A DNA stretch of 64,000 bases from an uncultured bacterium (GCA_963786935.1 CAWBAN010000001.1:672001-736000); one strand, 5' to 3'; shown: positions 1-10,017, counted from the stretch's first letter. The notes: generated by a model not told the origin, from the sequence alone. Made by a program: numbers and translations.

Positions 1-1
1 A

Positions 2-751
2 TGCTACTACGACAAGGGGGCCACCGAGCGGGCGAAGGCGGAGTTCCGCCGTGTCCTCGAGCTGGACGCCGAGAATCTCGTGGCCCTCAAGTTCATGGGG
101 GATATCCTCCTCGCCGAAGACAAGCGGCCGGAGGCGGCGGAGTGCTACCGGAAGATACTCGCCGTCGACCCGTCGAACGCCGACGTGGCGCGCGCGCTCA
201 AGGAGATGGAATCGTCCTTCGTCGTCAAGGAGATCGATCTCGCCGACGAGAAGAAGACGCGCGACGAGCGCCCGCGGGAGCTCGCGACGATGACGCTCGC
301 GGGCATCTACGCCTCGCAGGGATACTACAACAAGGCGCTCCGCATCTATCACGACGTGCTCGACCGGGAGCCGGGAAATGCGGAAGCGAAGGAGATGGTG
401 GCGAAGCTCGAGGGGCTCATGAACGCCACGGAGACCGAGCGGGACAAGGCGTTCCGCGAGGATGTGCTCACCATTTCACTCGGCGATATCAGCGAGGGGC
501 TCGTCTCGAGCACGGCGGGGCGCGGGGGAGAGCAGGCGGAGGAAGACGCGTCGGTGGGGCGGACGATCGCGCGGGACGCGCTCGGCGGCGCGCGGAGGCG
601 CGCGGAGGACATCGCCGGCGAGCCGGGCTCCGAAGCGCCCGCTGCCCCGGATGGCCGGATCGAATCAGCGGCGGATTCCCCTGACGCTCCCGCGGAGAGC
701 CGGGAAATGGAGCAATTCCGCGAATGGCTCCGGAGACTGCGGAGCAAGTAG
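2..751 (+). CDS. TPR-repeat protein, 5' partial
   Basis: The frame is open from base 2 (CYYDKGATERAKAEFRRVLELDAENLVALKFMGDILL...). It shows TPR-like helical pairs (AAECYRKILAVDPSN; LAGIYASQGYYNKALRIYHDVL). Stop TAG at 749-751. Confidence 0.8.
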   Translation, partial: CYYDKGATERAKAEFRRVLELDAENLVALKFMGDILLAEDKRPEAAECYRKILAVDPSNADVARALKEMESSFVVKEIDLADEKKTRDERPRELATMTLAGIYASQGYYNKALRIYHDVLDREPGNAEAKEMVAKLEGLMNATETERDKAFREDVLTISLGDISEGLVSSTAGRGGEQAEEDASVGRTIARDALGGARRRAEDIAGEPGSEAPAAPDGRIESAADSPDAPAESREMEQFREWLRRLRSK

Positions 752-784
752 CGCGGCGATGCGGACGGCGCGGGGAGAGCGGCC

Positions 785-1342
785 ATGGCGGACACGAGCG
801 ATTTCAGGAACGGCATGATCGTCAGAATCGACGGGAAGCTCTTCTCCATCGTCGAATTCCAGCACGTGAAAATGCAGCAGCGGCGGCCGATCGTGCGGAC
901 GCGGCTCAAGCAGATCCCCGAAGGGTACGTTCTCGACAAGACCTTCATGGCGGGGGACCGGGTGGATGAGGTCAGGCTCGACCGCCGGCAGTGCCAGTAC
1001 CTCTACGCCGTCGGGGATCTCTACCATCTCATGGATGTCGAGACCTTCGAGCAGTTCCCCGTTTCGAAGACGGTCGTCGCGGGCGCGATCCCCTATCTGG
1101 TCGAGAACATGGTTGTCACGCTCTTCGCCGACGGCGACAAGCCCGTCACGGTCGACCTTCCGCTCATCGTCGAGCTCGCGGTCAGGGAGACGGAGCCCGG
1201 AGTGCGCGGGGACACCGCGCAGGGCGGCTCGAAAACGGCCGTGCTCGAATCCGGAACGAAGATCATCGTTCCCCTCTTCATCGAGACGGGGAACGTGCTG
1301 CGCATCGACACGCGGACCGGCAGGTACATCGAGCGCGCCTGA
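785..1342 (+). CDS. efp: Elongation factor P
   Basis: 185 aa with TSDFRNGM, EFQHVK, ETEPGVRGDTA, VPLFIETG and IDTRTGRYIERA, all EF-P signatures. The tip loop is atypical (MQQRRP). Confidence 0.97.
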   Translation: MADTSDFRNGMIVRIDGKLFSIVEFQHVKMQQRRPIVRTRLKQIPEGYVLDKTFMAGDRVDEVRLDRRQCQYLYAVGDLYHLMDVETFEQFPVSKTVVAGAIPYLVENMVVTLFADGDKPVTVDLPLIVELAVRETEPGVRGDTAQGGSKTAVLESGTKIIVPLFIETGNVLRIDTRTGRYIERA

Positions 1343-1363
1343 AGCGCGCCCCGGCTGCGATTC

Positions 1364-1397
1364 ACCGGCGGGCCGCCTCCCCGGCGGCCTCGGTTTT
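1364..1397 (+). terminator. Possible intrinsic terminator after efp
   Basis: GGCCGCC-tcccc-GGCGGCC hairpin (1371-1389) with outer ACCG/CGGT pairing, followed by a short T run. Confidence 0.4.
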
Positions 1398-1406
1398 CCC
1401 TCGAAT

Positions 1407-1422
1407 CGGCCTGATACTTGCA
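1407..1422 (+). promoter_or_regulatory. Candidate sigma54 (-24/-12) promoter for pilT
   Basis: CGGCCTGATACTTGCA = GG-N10-GC with TTGCA, about 130 nt upstream of the pilT ATG. Confidence 0.45.
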
Positions 1423-1553
1423 AAAAATCATGAGCGGGGAGGCCCCCTTCAACCGGGGCGGCTGGCGAGACGCAACCCATTGTCATTACTCGCGATATCC
1501 GTTTGAGCGGAATCGGCCGGATTTGCATTTTCGTCATCGGGAAGGTGTGTTGC

Positions 1554-2687
1554 ATGAATATCAAGAAGGTTCTCGAGGAAATGATCAACCAGGGAGGGTC
1601 CGATCTGCATCTGAAGGCGGGGCTCCCTCCGGTCGTCCGGGTCGATGGGAAGCTCCGTCATCTCGGCCTCGAGAAGCCGTCGCCGAAGGATCTCGAGGAG
1701 GTCGCGGGACAGATCCTCACGCCGTCCCAGAAGGATCGCTTCACGAAAACGCGCGAAGTGGACTTCGCGTTCGGCGTCTCGGGGCTCGCCCGCTTTCGCG
1801 CGAACTTCTACGTGCAGCGCGGCTCGATCGCCATGGTGTTCCGGCACGTCCCCGTGAACATCAAGAGCATCGACGAGCTCTCGCTCCCCGTCGTGCTCAA
1901 GGAGCTCTCGCTCCGTCCGCGCGGCCTCATCTTCGTCACCGGAACGGTCGGAAGCGGCAAGTCGACGACGCTGACCTCCATGGTCAACGAGATCAACAAG
2001 ACGGCGAACAAGAACATCATCACGGTGGAGGATCCAATCGAGTTCCTCCATCACGACGAGAAGAGCATCATCAACCAGCGCGAGATCGGGAGCGACACGT
2101 CCTCATTCCACGAGGCGCTCCGCCACATCCTCCGGCAGGATCCCGACGTGATCCTCGTCGGCGAGATCCGCGACGCCCTGACGATGGAGATCGCGCTCAT
2201 GGCCGCCGACACGGGGCATCTCGTCCTGTCGACGCTCCATACGGTGGATGCGACGCAAACGATCAACCGTGTCATCTCGTTCTTCCCTCCGCACCAGCAC
2301 CAGGAAATCCGCTACCTGCTCGGCGCAACCCTCCAGGCGGTCGTCGCCCAGCGGCTCATCCCGATCAGCGGCGGGAAGGGGCGCGTCCCGGCGGTGGAAG
2401 TAATGATTGTCACGTCGACGATCCGGGAGTATATTATCGATCCTGAAAAGACGCCTCTCATCACGCAGGCGATTCGGGAGGGTGTCTCCTCGCACGGCAT
2501 GCAGAGCTTCGATCAGTCGCTCATGAAGCTCCTGTCCGATGGCCATATCACGATGGAGGAGGCGCTCAAGAACAGCTCGAACCCTCACGAGTTCAGCCTC
2601 CGGCTCAAGGGCATCCAGGCCACGAGCGACAAGACGTGGGAGACGTTCGAAAGCGCGGGAAAGGGCGGTCCTGCGGGCGATTTCTGA
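1554..2687 (+). CDS. pilT: Type IV pilus retraction ATPase, PilT/PilU family
   Basis: GSDLHLKAG, Walker A GTVGSGKST, ITVEDPIEF, INQREIG, LRQDPDVILVGEIRD, TGHLVLSTLHT, GMQSFDQ. Confidence 0.92.
   Translation: MNIKKVLEEMINQGGSDLHLKAGLPPVVRVDGKLRHLGLEKPSPKDLEEVAGQILTPSQKDRFTKTREVDFAFGVSGLARFRANFYVQRGSIAMVFRHVPVNIKSIDELSLPVVLKELSLRPRGLIFVTGTVGSGKSTTLTSMVNEINKTANKNIITVEDPIEFLHHDEKSIINQREIGSDTSSFHEALRHILRQDPDVILVGEIRDALTMEIALMAADTGHLVLSTLHTVDATQTINRVISFFPPHQHQEIRYLLGATLQAVVAQRLIPISGGKGRVPAVEVMIVTSTIREYIIDPEKTPLITQAIREGVSSHGMQSFDQSLMKLLSDGHITMEEALKNSSNPHEFSLRLKGIQATSDKTWETFESAGKGGPAGDF
2407..2435 (+). promoter_or_regulatory. Candidate sigma70 promoter inside pilT (for comB-thiE)
   Basis: TTGTCA-N17-TATATT within an AT-rich patch of the coding sequence. 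Confidence 0.45.
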
Positions 2688-2787
2688 TCCCCTCCATGCG
2701 GGGCGATCGTGAGCCCGTTCACGGAGTCCGCCCGGCCTCCGCGTTCCGGATTCACGGCGGCATCATTCGTCCGAACATGAGTGCGGG

Positions 2788-3501
2788 ATGAACATCGTTT
2801 TCTACGCAACGCTCGAGCAGATCGAGAAGAACGCCCTCCAGAACGCCTCGGTCGTCGTGATCGACGTGCTGCGGGCCTCCAGCACGATCGTCGCCGCCCT
2901 CGAGAGCGGCGCCGACCGGATCATCCCCATCGCCGACGTCGAAACCGCCTCCCGTCTCGTGCGCCCCGCGGAACGCGACAAGAAGCTGCTCGCGGGGGAG
3001 CGGAAGGGGCTCCCCGTCCCGGGCTTCGATCTCTCCAACTCGCCGTCCGAATTCACCCCCGCCCGCGTTCGCGGCAGAACGATCGTTCTGACGACGACGA
3101 ACGGCACCCGCGCCGTCACGGCGGCCGCGAAGGCGGGACGCATCGTCGTCTGCGCGCTCACGAACCTCCACGCGGTCGCCGCCGCGCTCCGCGGCGAGAG
3201 CGAGCTCGTCGTGCTCTGCTGCGGCACGGAGGGGAGCATCGCGGCGGAGGATCTGCTCTGCGGCGGGCTGCTGCTCCAGAATCTCGGCCCCGCCGTCGCG
3301 TCCGATTCCCTCTCCGACGCGGCGCGCATCGCGAGCGCGCTCGCGGAGCGGTTCGGCGGGAACGCCGAGGCGTTCCTTCGCTCGTCCGATCACGGCCGGC
3401 GGCTCATCGGGCTCGGATTCGAGGCGGACGTCGCGTACTGCGCCCGTATCGGCGTGAGCGCGTGCGTCCCCACGGCCAAAGAGGGAGTGATCGTTTCCTG
3501 A
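2788..3501 (+). CDS. comB: 2-phosphosulfolactate phosphatase (ComB family)
   Basis: VVIDVLRASSTI, LAGER, FDLSNSPSEF, TTTNGT and EDLLCGG motifs. Confidence 0.9.
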   Translation: MNIVFYATLEQIEKNALQNASVVVIDVLRASSTIVAALESGADRIIPIADVETASRLVRPAERDKKLLAGERKGLPVPGFDLSNSPSEFTPARVRGRTIVLTTTNGTRAVTAAAKAGRIVVCALTNLHAVAAALRGESELVVLCCGTEGSIAAEDLLCGGLLLQNLGPAVASDSLSDAARIASALAERFGGNAEAFLRSSDHGRRLIGLGFEADVAYCARIGVSACVPTAKEGVIVS

Positions 3502-3502
3502 G

Positions 3503-4593
3503 ATGGCGGGAGGTGGGGATACGGATCGCGCGGTTGTCGTGCGGATTCTCGACGCGAACGCGAACCGCTGCGCCGAAGGGCTCCGCGTCGTCGAGGAGAT
3601 CGCGCGGTTCTCGATGGAGGACGCGGCGCTGACGGGACGCCTGAAAGACCTGCGCCACCGGGTGCGCCGTTCCGCGGAGGCGCTCGCCCGGGGAGCGCTG
3701 CGGCACCGGGACAGCGTCGGGGACGTGGGGAGCGGAAGCGCGACCGCTTCGGAGCTCGCCCGGAGCTCGCTCGCCGCCGTCGCGCGGGCGAATTTCGCGC
3801 GGTCCGAAGAGGCGCTGCGCGTGATCGAGGAGTTCGGAAAGCTCGTCGACGACGAAGGCTCGCGCGTCTTCAAATCGCTTCGCTTCGAGCTCTACACGAT
3901 CGAGCGCGCATTCTTCGCCGGAGCGTCCGCCGGGATTTCCCTGCCGCGCCCCCCCTTCCTCTACGCGGTCCTCGATCGCGGGGTCGTCGGGGGGGGCAGG
4001 TGGCGTCCGCGTCCGCGGCGCTCGTGGCCGCCGGCGTCGACATGATTCAGTACCGCGCCAAGGAAGCCGGCGCGGCGGAGCGGCGGCGCGACGTCGCCGC
4101 GATTCTCGAGGCGGCGCGCGGCGCGTCGATTCCGGTGATCGTGAACGACGACGTCGAGCTCGCCGCGGAAGCGGGCGCGGACGGCGTCCATATCGGCGCG
4201 GCCGATATGTCTCCGGCGGACGCCCGGACGATCGTGGGGCGGGACCGGATCGTCGGCGTGTCGGCGACTACGCTCGACGATCTCGCGCGGGCGGCCGAGG
4301 CGCCGGTCGATTATATCGGCGTCGGCCCGGTGTATCCTTCGCCGACCAAACCGGAGTCGCGGGCGCTCGGGATCGGATTCGTGCGGGACGCGCGGGAGAG
4401 AACGAAGCTGCCGCTCGTCGCCATCGGCGGAATATCGGCGGCGAACGCCGGCGAGGTGCTCGACGCGGGAGCCGACGGCATCGCCGTCGTTTCGGCGATT
4501 CTCCGCGGGGATATCGGGAGAAACTGCTTTACGCTGAAGGGGATCATTGCTACAAGATTGCGGCAGGGAAGGGGAGGCCCGGCGGGCGCGTGA
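3503..4593 (+). CDS. thiE: Thiamine-phosphate synthase with N-terminal ThiD2-type domain; broken by a -1 shift in a G8 run at 3989-3996 (probable sequencing error)
   Basis: 5' frame: RILDANANRCAEGLRVVEE...RFELYTIE. 3' frame: IQYRAK, IVNDDVELA, ADGVHIG, DYIGVGPVYPSPTK, VAIGGI. One extra base in the G run joins the two frames. Confidence 0.85.
4528..4556 (+). promoter_or_regulatory. Candidate promoter in the 3' end of thiE (for ftsK)
   Basis: TTTACG-N17-TACAAG with TG just upstream of the -10, in an AT-rich patch. Confidence 0.3.
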
Positions 4594-4665
4594 TCGGCAT
4601 TTCGGGCGGCCCGCGGGGGGCCGTATTCGGGCCGTGAACCGCGCCGTTTTCGCTCGAGAGGTTCC

Positions 4666-6876
4666 ATGCGGATAACGAAAGGTGTTCTGCTGATCATCGT
4701 GGCCGTCTTTCTCGGCGTGGCGCTCGCCTCGCACCAGAGAGAGGACGTGAGCGCGCCATGGGATGACTGGGGCGCCTTCTGGCAGGCGAAGAACCTGTGC
4801 GGACCGATCGGCGCGGGAGTGTCCGGATCGCTCCACTATTTCTTCGGCCCCGCGCTCGCGTGGTTCTGGCCGCTGTTCGCGCTGCTGTTCGCCCTGTTCG
4901 CGTTCAAGGACATCGAGGCGCGCGAGCACGGGCGCCGCATCGCGACCGGCCTCGCGCTGTTCGTCGTTCTATCGGGCATCGTCGCCATTTTCGGCGGCCG
5001 CGGCCCGGGGGGGCTCACGGGCGCGAAGACGCTCGGATTTTTCCGTCTGGTCTCCGGGCGCGTCGGATCGGTGCTCATCCTCGCCGCGCTCTTTCTCGTG
5101 CTGTCGTTCTTCATGTTTCCGAGCGCCGTCGAGGGGCTCCTCTCGAAGCTCAAGGATATCCGCGTGCCGCGGTTCGAGCTCCCGAAGCCGGGGCGCGATG
5201 GCGGGAAATCGAAGCGGCCGAAACGGAAACGGGAAGAGGGGGGGCGGGAGGTTCCGGAGATTCCGGTGATCGTCGAGTCAGAGAGGGAGCGCGCGCCGGC
5301 CGGACGGGCGCGGAACCGGATCGAGGATGCCGAGGCCGAGCGGGCGCCGCGGATCACGGTCCCCGAGCTCCCCGTCGCGAGGGGGGAGGACGCGCGGCCC
5401 GCGGAGGCGGACGAGGTGCCGTCCCCGCCGCCCGCGGCGGCGGGAGACATGCCGCTGCCGGAACTCTCGCTCCTCGACGATTACGAGGCGCGCGGGGTTT
5501 CGTACAGCACCGATGATCTCATCGCGCGGAGCTCGGTCATCGAGCAGAAGCTCAAGGATTACGGGCTCGACGGGAAGATCCAGGAGGTGCGTCCCGGCCC
5601 CGTCGTGACGACGTTCGAGTTCGTCCCCGGCCCGGGGATCAAGGTGAGCCAGATCGCGAGCCGCGCGGACGACGTCTCGCTCGCGCTCGCGGCGAGATCC
5701 ATCCGGATCCAAGCGCCGATCCCGGGGCGAGGCGCCGTCGGCATCGAGGTGCCCAATCCGGAACCGAGCCTCGTCTCGCTCAAGGAGCTGCTCGAGCACT
5801 ACCCGAGCGACAAGGAGGGGCTCGTCGTGCCTCTCGGCAAGACGGTGACCGGGGAGCCCTTCTTCGCCGATATCTCGGACATGCCGCACCTCCTCATCGC
5901 CGGCGCGACCGGAAGCGGCAAGAGCGTCTGTATCAACACGGTCATCTGCTCGCTCCTCTTCCACCACACGCCGGCCTCGTGCCGCTTCATCCTCGTCGAT
6001 CCGAAGCGTCTCGAGCTCATCGCGTACAACGATATCCCGCACCTCCTCCATCCGGTGATCACCGAATCGAAACGCGTGCTCAAGATTCTCCAGTGGCTCA
6101 CGATCGAGATGGATCGCCGGTACAAGCTGCTCGCCTCGGTCGGCGTGAAGAACATCCAGGGCTTCAACCGCAAGGTCGCCGAGGAGGGGATCGTCCATCC
6201 GGAAACGCAGGAGCCCCTGTCGCGTCTGCCGTATTACGTCACGATCATCGACGAGCTCGCCGACATCATGGTCACGATGGGGAACGAGATCTACCCGCCG
6301 ATCACGCGCCTCTCGCAGATGGCCCGCGCCGTCGGCATCCATCTCGTGTTCGCGACGCAGCGGCCCTCCGTGGACGTGGTCACGGGGCTCATCAAGGCCA
6401 ATTTCCCCTGCCGGCTCGCCTTCCAGGTGACGTCGAAGACCGATTCGCGGACGATCCTCGACGCGAACGGCGCGGAGAAGCTTCTCGGAAACGGAGACAT
6501 GCTGTACCTGCCGAAGAATCTGCCCCATCCCATCCGGCTCCAGGGAGCGTTCATCTCGGAGAAGGAATCCGAGCGCGTGGCGACGTACTGGAGGAAGTAC
6601 GCCGCCGAGGAGGAGGCGCTCGATCTCGCGGACGAGGCGCCGTCCGCGACCGACGACGACGCGCCGATCGACGACGAGCTCTTCCAGAAGGCGAAGGATC
6701 TCGTCGTGATGCACCAGCAGGGCTCCATCTCTCTCCTCCAGCGACGCCTGAGGGTCGGCTACGCGCGCGCCGCCCGCCTCATCGACATGCTCGAGCAGGC
6801 GGGGGTCGTCGGCCCCTTCGAGGGGAGCAAGGCGCGGCGGGTCCTCGTGAGCCGCGAGAGCTACGATGAAAGCTGA
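4666..6876 (+). CDS. ftsK: DNA translocase FtsK
   Basis: N-terminal TM segments, PGPVVT, IRIQAPIPG, Walker A GATGSGKS, IDELAD, ARAVGIHLVFATQRPSVDV, and gamma domain SLLQRRLRVGYARAARLID. Confidence 0.97.
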   Translation: MRITKGVLLIIVAVFLGVALASHQREDVSAPWDDWGAFWQAKNLCGPIGAGVSGSLHYFFGPALAWFWPLFALLFALFAFKDIEAREHGRRIATGLALFVVLSGIVAIFGGRGPGGLTGAKTLGFFRLVSGRVGSVLILAALFLVLSFFMFPSAVEGLLSKLKDIRVPRFELPKPGRDGGKSKRPKRKREEGGREVPEIPVIVESERERAPAGRARNRIEDAEAERAPRITVPELPVARGEDARPAEADEVPSPPPAAAGDMPLPELSLLDDYEARGVSYSTDDLIARSSVIEQKLKDYGLDGKIQEVRPGPVVTTFEFVPGPGIKVSQIASRADDVSLALAARSIRIQAPIPGRGAVGIEVPNPEPSLVSLKELLEHYPSDKEGLVVPLGKTVTGEPFFADISDMPHLLIAGATGSGKSVCINTVICSLLFHHTPASCRFILVDPKRLELIAYNDIPHLLHPVITESKRVLKILQWLTIEMDRRYKLLASVGVKNIQGFNRKVAEEGIVHPETQEPLSRLPYYVTIIDELADIMVTMGNEIYPPITRLSQMARAVGIHLVFATQRPSVDVVTGLIKANFPCRLAFQVTSKTDSRTILDANGAEKLLGNGDMLYLPKNLPHPIRLQGAFISEKESERVATYWRKYAAEEEALDLADEAPSATDDDAPIDDELFQKAKDLVVMHQQGSISLLQRRLRVGYARAARLIDMLEQAGVVGPFEGSKARRVLVSRESYDES

Positions 6877-8236
6877 CACGCCGATCGACGCCGGGACCTA
6901 CTATTTTTTCAATCTCGGATGTCCCAAGAATCTCGTCGACGCGGAGCGAGCCGCCGCGGGGCTCGAGCGCGCCGGATGGCGCGCGGCCGCGTCCCCCGAT
7001 GCGGCTGCGCTGCTCGTCGTGACGACCTGCGCGTTCATCGCGAGCGCGATGGAGGAATCGGTCGAGGAGATACTCCGCGTCGGCGCCGCGAAAAAGCCGG
7101 GGCAGGCGCTTGCCGTGCTCGGCTGCCTCGTCACCCGCGAGGCCCGCTCGCTCCCCAAGCTCCTGCCCGAGGTCGATCTGTTCTGCGACGTGGGGGAGAT
7201 GCCGCTCCTCGCCGAGCGCGTCGCGCCGGCCGCCGACCGGGACGGGGGCCGTCTGGCGCGCGTCCGGAAAGCCGCGCGCGGCGCCCGCCCGATCGCCGGG
7301 CGGCGGCTCTTCACGCCTCCGCACATCGCCTATCTCAAGATTTCCGACGGATGCGCGAACCGGTGCAGCTATTGCACGATCCCGTCGATCAGGGGCGATC
7401 TCGCGAGCAGGCCGGCCGCCGATATCGTCGCCGAAGCGGCCGCGCTCGCCGCGGCGGGCGTGAAGGAGCTCGTCGTCGTCGCGCAGGATACGACCGCGTA
7501 CGGCCTGGACCGGGGCCGCGGCGAGCGCCTCTACGATCTTCTCGAATCGCTCGCCGACGGCGCGCGATTCGAATGGATACGGCTCATGTACCTCCACCCC
7601 GCGCACATCGACGTCAAGCGCCTCGTTCCCCTCATCAAGGGCGGAGCGATAAGCCCCTATCTCGATATTCCGATTCAGCACGTTTCCGACGCCGTTCTCG
7701 ATTCGATGGGACGGGGATACTCGAGGGCGGATCTCGACGCGCTGTTCGACGCGCTGCGCTCCGCGGGGGACGATCTCGTCCTGCGGACCACGGTGATGAC
7801 CGGATTCCCCGGCGAGACGGACGCGCATTTCAGAGAGCTCGCCGGCTTTCTCCAGGACGTCGCGTTCGACCATGTCGGCGTATTCGTCTATTCGCCCGAG
7901 GCGGGTACGCCGGCGGACTCGCTGGGGTGCAGGGTTCCCGCGCGGGCGGCACTCGCCAGGAAAGAGGAGCTGCTCGACATTCAGATGGACATCTCGCAGG
8001 ATCGGCTGACCGCCCGGCTCGGAAGCGAGATGAAGATTCTGATCGACGCCCGGATTCCTCCCGGCGAGCGTCCGCGCCGGGATATCGAATGGGAGGGGAG
8101 GTTCTACGGGCAGGCGTACGAGATCGACGGCGTCACGTACGTGAAGGGGGCCGCGCGCTCCCCGGGCGCGCTCGTGCGCGCGCGGATCGTCGAGGCGCAG
8201 GCCTACGATCTCATCGCGGAAATCGTGAGCGCGTAG
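6866..8236 (+). CDS. rimO: Ribosomal protein S12 methylthiotransferase
   Basis: LGCPKNLVD, TCAFI, YLKISDGCANRCSYCTIP (radical SAM CxxxCxxC), WIRLMYLHP, and TRAM end QAYEIDG. Confidence 0.92.
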   Translation: MKADTPIDAGTYYFFNLGCPKNLVDAERAAAGLERAGWRAAASPDAAALLVVTTCAFIASAMEESVEEILRVGAAKKPGQALAVLGCLVTREARSLPKLLPEVDLFCDVGEMPLLAERVAPAADRDGGRLARVRKAARGARPIAGRRLFTPPHIAYLKISDGCANRCSYCTIPSIRGDLASRPAADIVAEAAALAAAGVKELVVVAQDTTAYGLDRGRGERLYDLLESLADGARFEWIRLMYLHPAHIDVKRLVPLIKGGAISPYLDIPIQHVSDAVLDSMGRGYSRADLDALFDALRSAGDDLVLRTTVMTGFPGETDAHFRELAGFLQDVAFDHVGVFVYSPEAGTPADSLGCRVPARAALARKEELLDIQMDISQDRLTARLGSEMKILIDARIPPGERPRRDIEWEGRFYGQAYEIDGVTYVKGAARSPGALVRARIVEAQAYDLIAEIVSA

Positions 8237-8414
8237 GGCGTTCGGATCCGGCCGCTTCATCGGCATCCCCGCGGATTTCAATTGACTTTTTTCGCAATTG
8301 CGGACGATTATTAGGGTTAGATGTAATGTCGGCGAGCGGCTGACGCGTCGCCCCGTAGGCAACTCCGCGCGGAGGTGGAATTCGGTGGCTAATTTGTTTC
8401 GTGATAAGGGATTC

Positions 8415-9074
8415 GTGAAAACCGTGAGCATGGTATGCCTTATGGCCGTTCTCGGCGTCGATCCCCTTTTCGCTGCGTCGGAGCAATCCAAGCCGGAAAT
8501 TCCCACCAATTTCGAGATCATCGACCGGCTGTCCGCCGAATCGGCGCGGGAGGTCATCGCCGGGATCGGATCGGTCGGAAAGAACGACCTCGTTCTGCTG
8601 AACAAGGCGAAGACGGCGGGCAACGTCGATTTCGTGCTCGAAAACGCTTTCGTTCGTGAGATGCGCGCCGCGGGATTCCGGTTCGCGACCGAGTCGGCGA
8701 AAAAGGACGATCCGGTCAACGCGGGAGCGAAGTATCGTCTCTCCTACCAGATCGTGCGGTTGTCCGTCGGCTACACCGACATCTCGAGATCGTGGCTTTT
8801 CTGGAAGCGCGTGGAGCGGAGCGCCCAGGCCGACTTGTTCGTCCAGCTCATCGATCTCGCGACGGGGGACATCACGTGGGTCGGGGAAATCCACAAGCAA
8901 TACGGGGACAAGATCCCCTACGGGAAACTGAAGGCCGTCGAGGACCCGCAGTACGATTTCACGAGGCCTTCGCGGAGCGAGTTCAAGATGTCCCGGATCC
9001 TCGAGCCGATCGTGGTCGGCGGGATCGTCGTCGGGCTCGTGTATCTCTTCTTCTCCAATCAGAGCAGCGAATAG
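8415..9074 (+). CDS. Hypothetical exported/membrane protein
   Basis: GTG start after an SD-like AAGGG. N-terminal hydrophobic segment and C-terminal TM (EPIVVGGIVVGLVYLFFS). Codon usage matches neighbours. Confidence 0.7.
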   Translation: MKTVSMVCLMAVLGVDPLFAASEQSKPEIPTNFEIIDRLSAESAREVIAGIGSVGKNDLVLLNKAKTAGNVDFVLENAFVREMRAAGFRFATESAKKDDPVNAGAKYRLSYQIVRLSVGYTDISRSWLFWKRVERSAQADLFVQLIDLATGDITWVGEIHKQYGDKIPYGKLKAVEDPQYDFTRPSRSEFKMSRILEPIVVGGIVVGLVYLFFSNQSSE

Positions 9075-9099
9075 GCCGTCTCAGCGAAGGACTCTGGCG

Positions 9100-10017
9100 A
9101 TGCGTCCTCTTCCCGTTGCGCGGTGCCTCGTATCGGTCGTCATGCTCGCGACGCTCGCGGCCTCCTGCGGCCGCGAGCCGGTGCTCGACAAGGCGGCGAA
9201 GGAATACGAGGCGGGGCGCTACCGGGAGGCGGTGTTTCTGATCCGCCACAGCATCAAGCGGGGGGAATCGCCGTCGGCGGAGCTCCTGTATCTCTTCGGA
9301 AAGGCCTGGCTCAAATCCGGGAGCGAGGCGGAGGCGCAGAGCGCCTTCGAGGATTGCCGGAAGAAGGACGCGTCCTACTCGCCGAAAATCGCCCGGTTCC
9401 TGAAGGACGAGGCCGCCGCCAGCATCGCGGCCGCCGATGTCCCGCGCGGAAAGCGGATGATCGCGCTCGCGCTGAGCTTCCAGGGCGGGCTCGACTTCGG
9501 GGAACACAACGCGCTCGTGGGGAAGCTCGCGCTCGACCGCCGGGAGTTCGACCGAGCGATCTCCTATCTGCAGAAGTACCTGGACGCCTTCCCCGATGCG
9601 CCGGGCGCCGCAGAGGCGATGATCGATCTCGCGGCGGCGTATGAGCGGAAGGGGGACGCCGCCCGGGCGATCGAGGTGTACCGCAGATTCCAGGAGCGGT
9701 ATCCGCGCAGCCGGCTCGCGTCGAACGCGCTCTGGGAATTCGAGAACCTGCTTCTCAAGGAAGCGGAGAATCTGTATCGCGACGGCGCCGCGAGCGAAGC
9801 GGAGTCGCTCCTCGCCGAGCTCGCCCCGTCGGCGGGAAGCCCGCTCGTCGTCGAGCGCGCCAATTTTCTCCTCGGAGAGATCTGCGAGAAGCGGGGGGAC
9901 GTTTCGCAAGCCGTGCGCTACTATCGCGAAGTCGTGAACTCGGGATCGAGCGGCAAGCTCGTTCAGAAGGCGAAGGAGAACATTGAGAGACTCGAGATGC
10001 CGAAACGGCGCCGGTAA
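9100..10017 (+). CDS. TPR-repeat lipoprotein
   Basis: Lipobox LAASC and multiple TPR-like repeats (AIEVYRRFQERYPRS). Confidence 0.8.
   Translation: MRPLPVARCLVSVVMLATLAASCGREPVLDKAAKEYEAGRYREAVFLIRHSIKRGESPSAELLYLFGKAWLKSGSEAEAQSAFEDCRKKDASYSPKIARFLKDEAAASIAAADVPRGKRMIALALSFQGGLDFGEHNALVGKLALDRREFDRAISYLQKYLDAFPDAPGAAEAMIDLAAAYERKGDAARAIEVYRRFQERYPRSRLASNALWEFENLLLKEAENLYRDGAASEAESLLAELAPSAGSPLVVERANFLLGEICEKRGDVSQAVRYYREVVNSGSSGKLVQKAKENIERLEMPKRRR

Noticed and set aside
2788..3501. Coenzyme M biosynthesis inferred from comB
   Set aside because: No comA, comC or comDE in the window. Solitary ComB-family phosphatases are widespread in bacteria.
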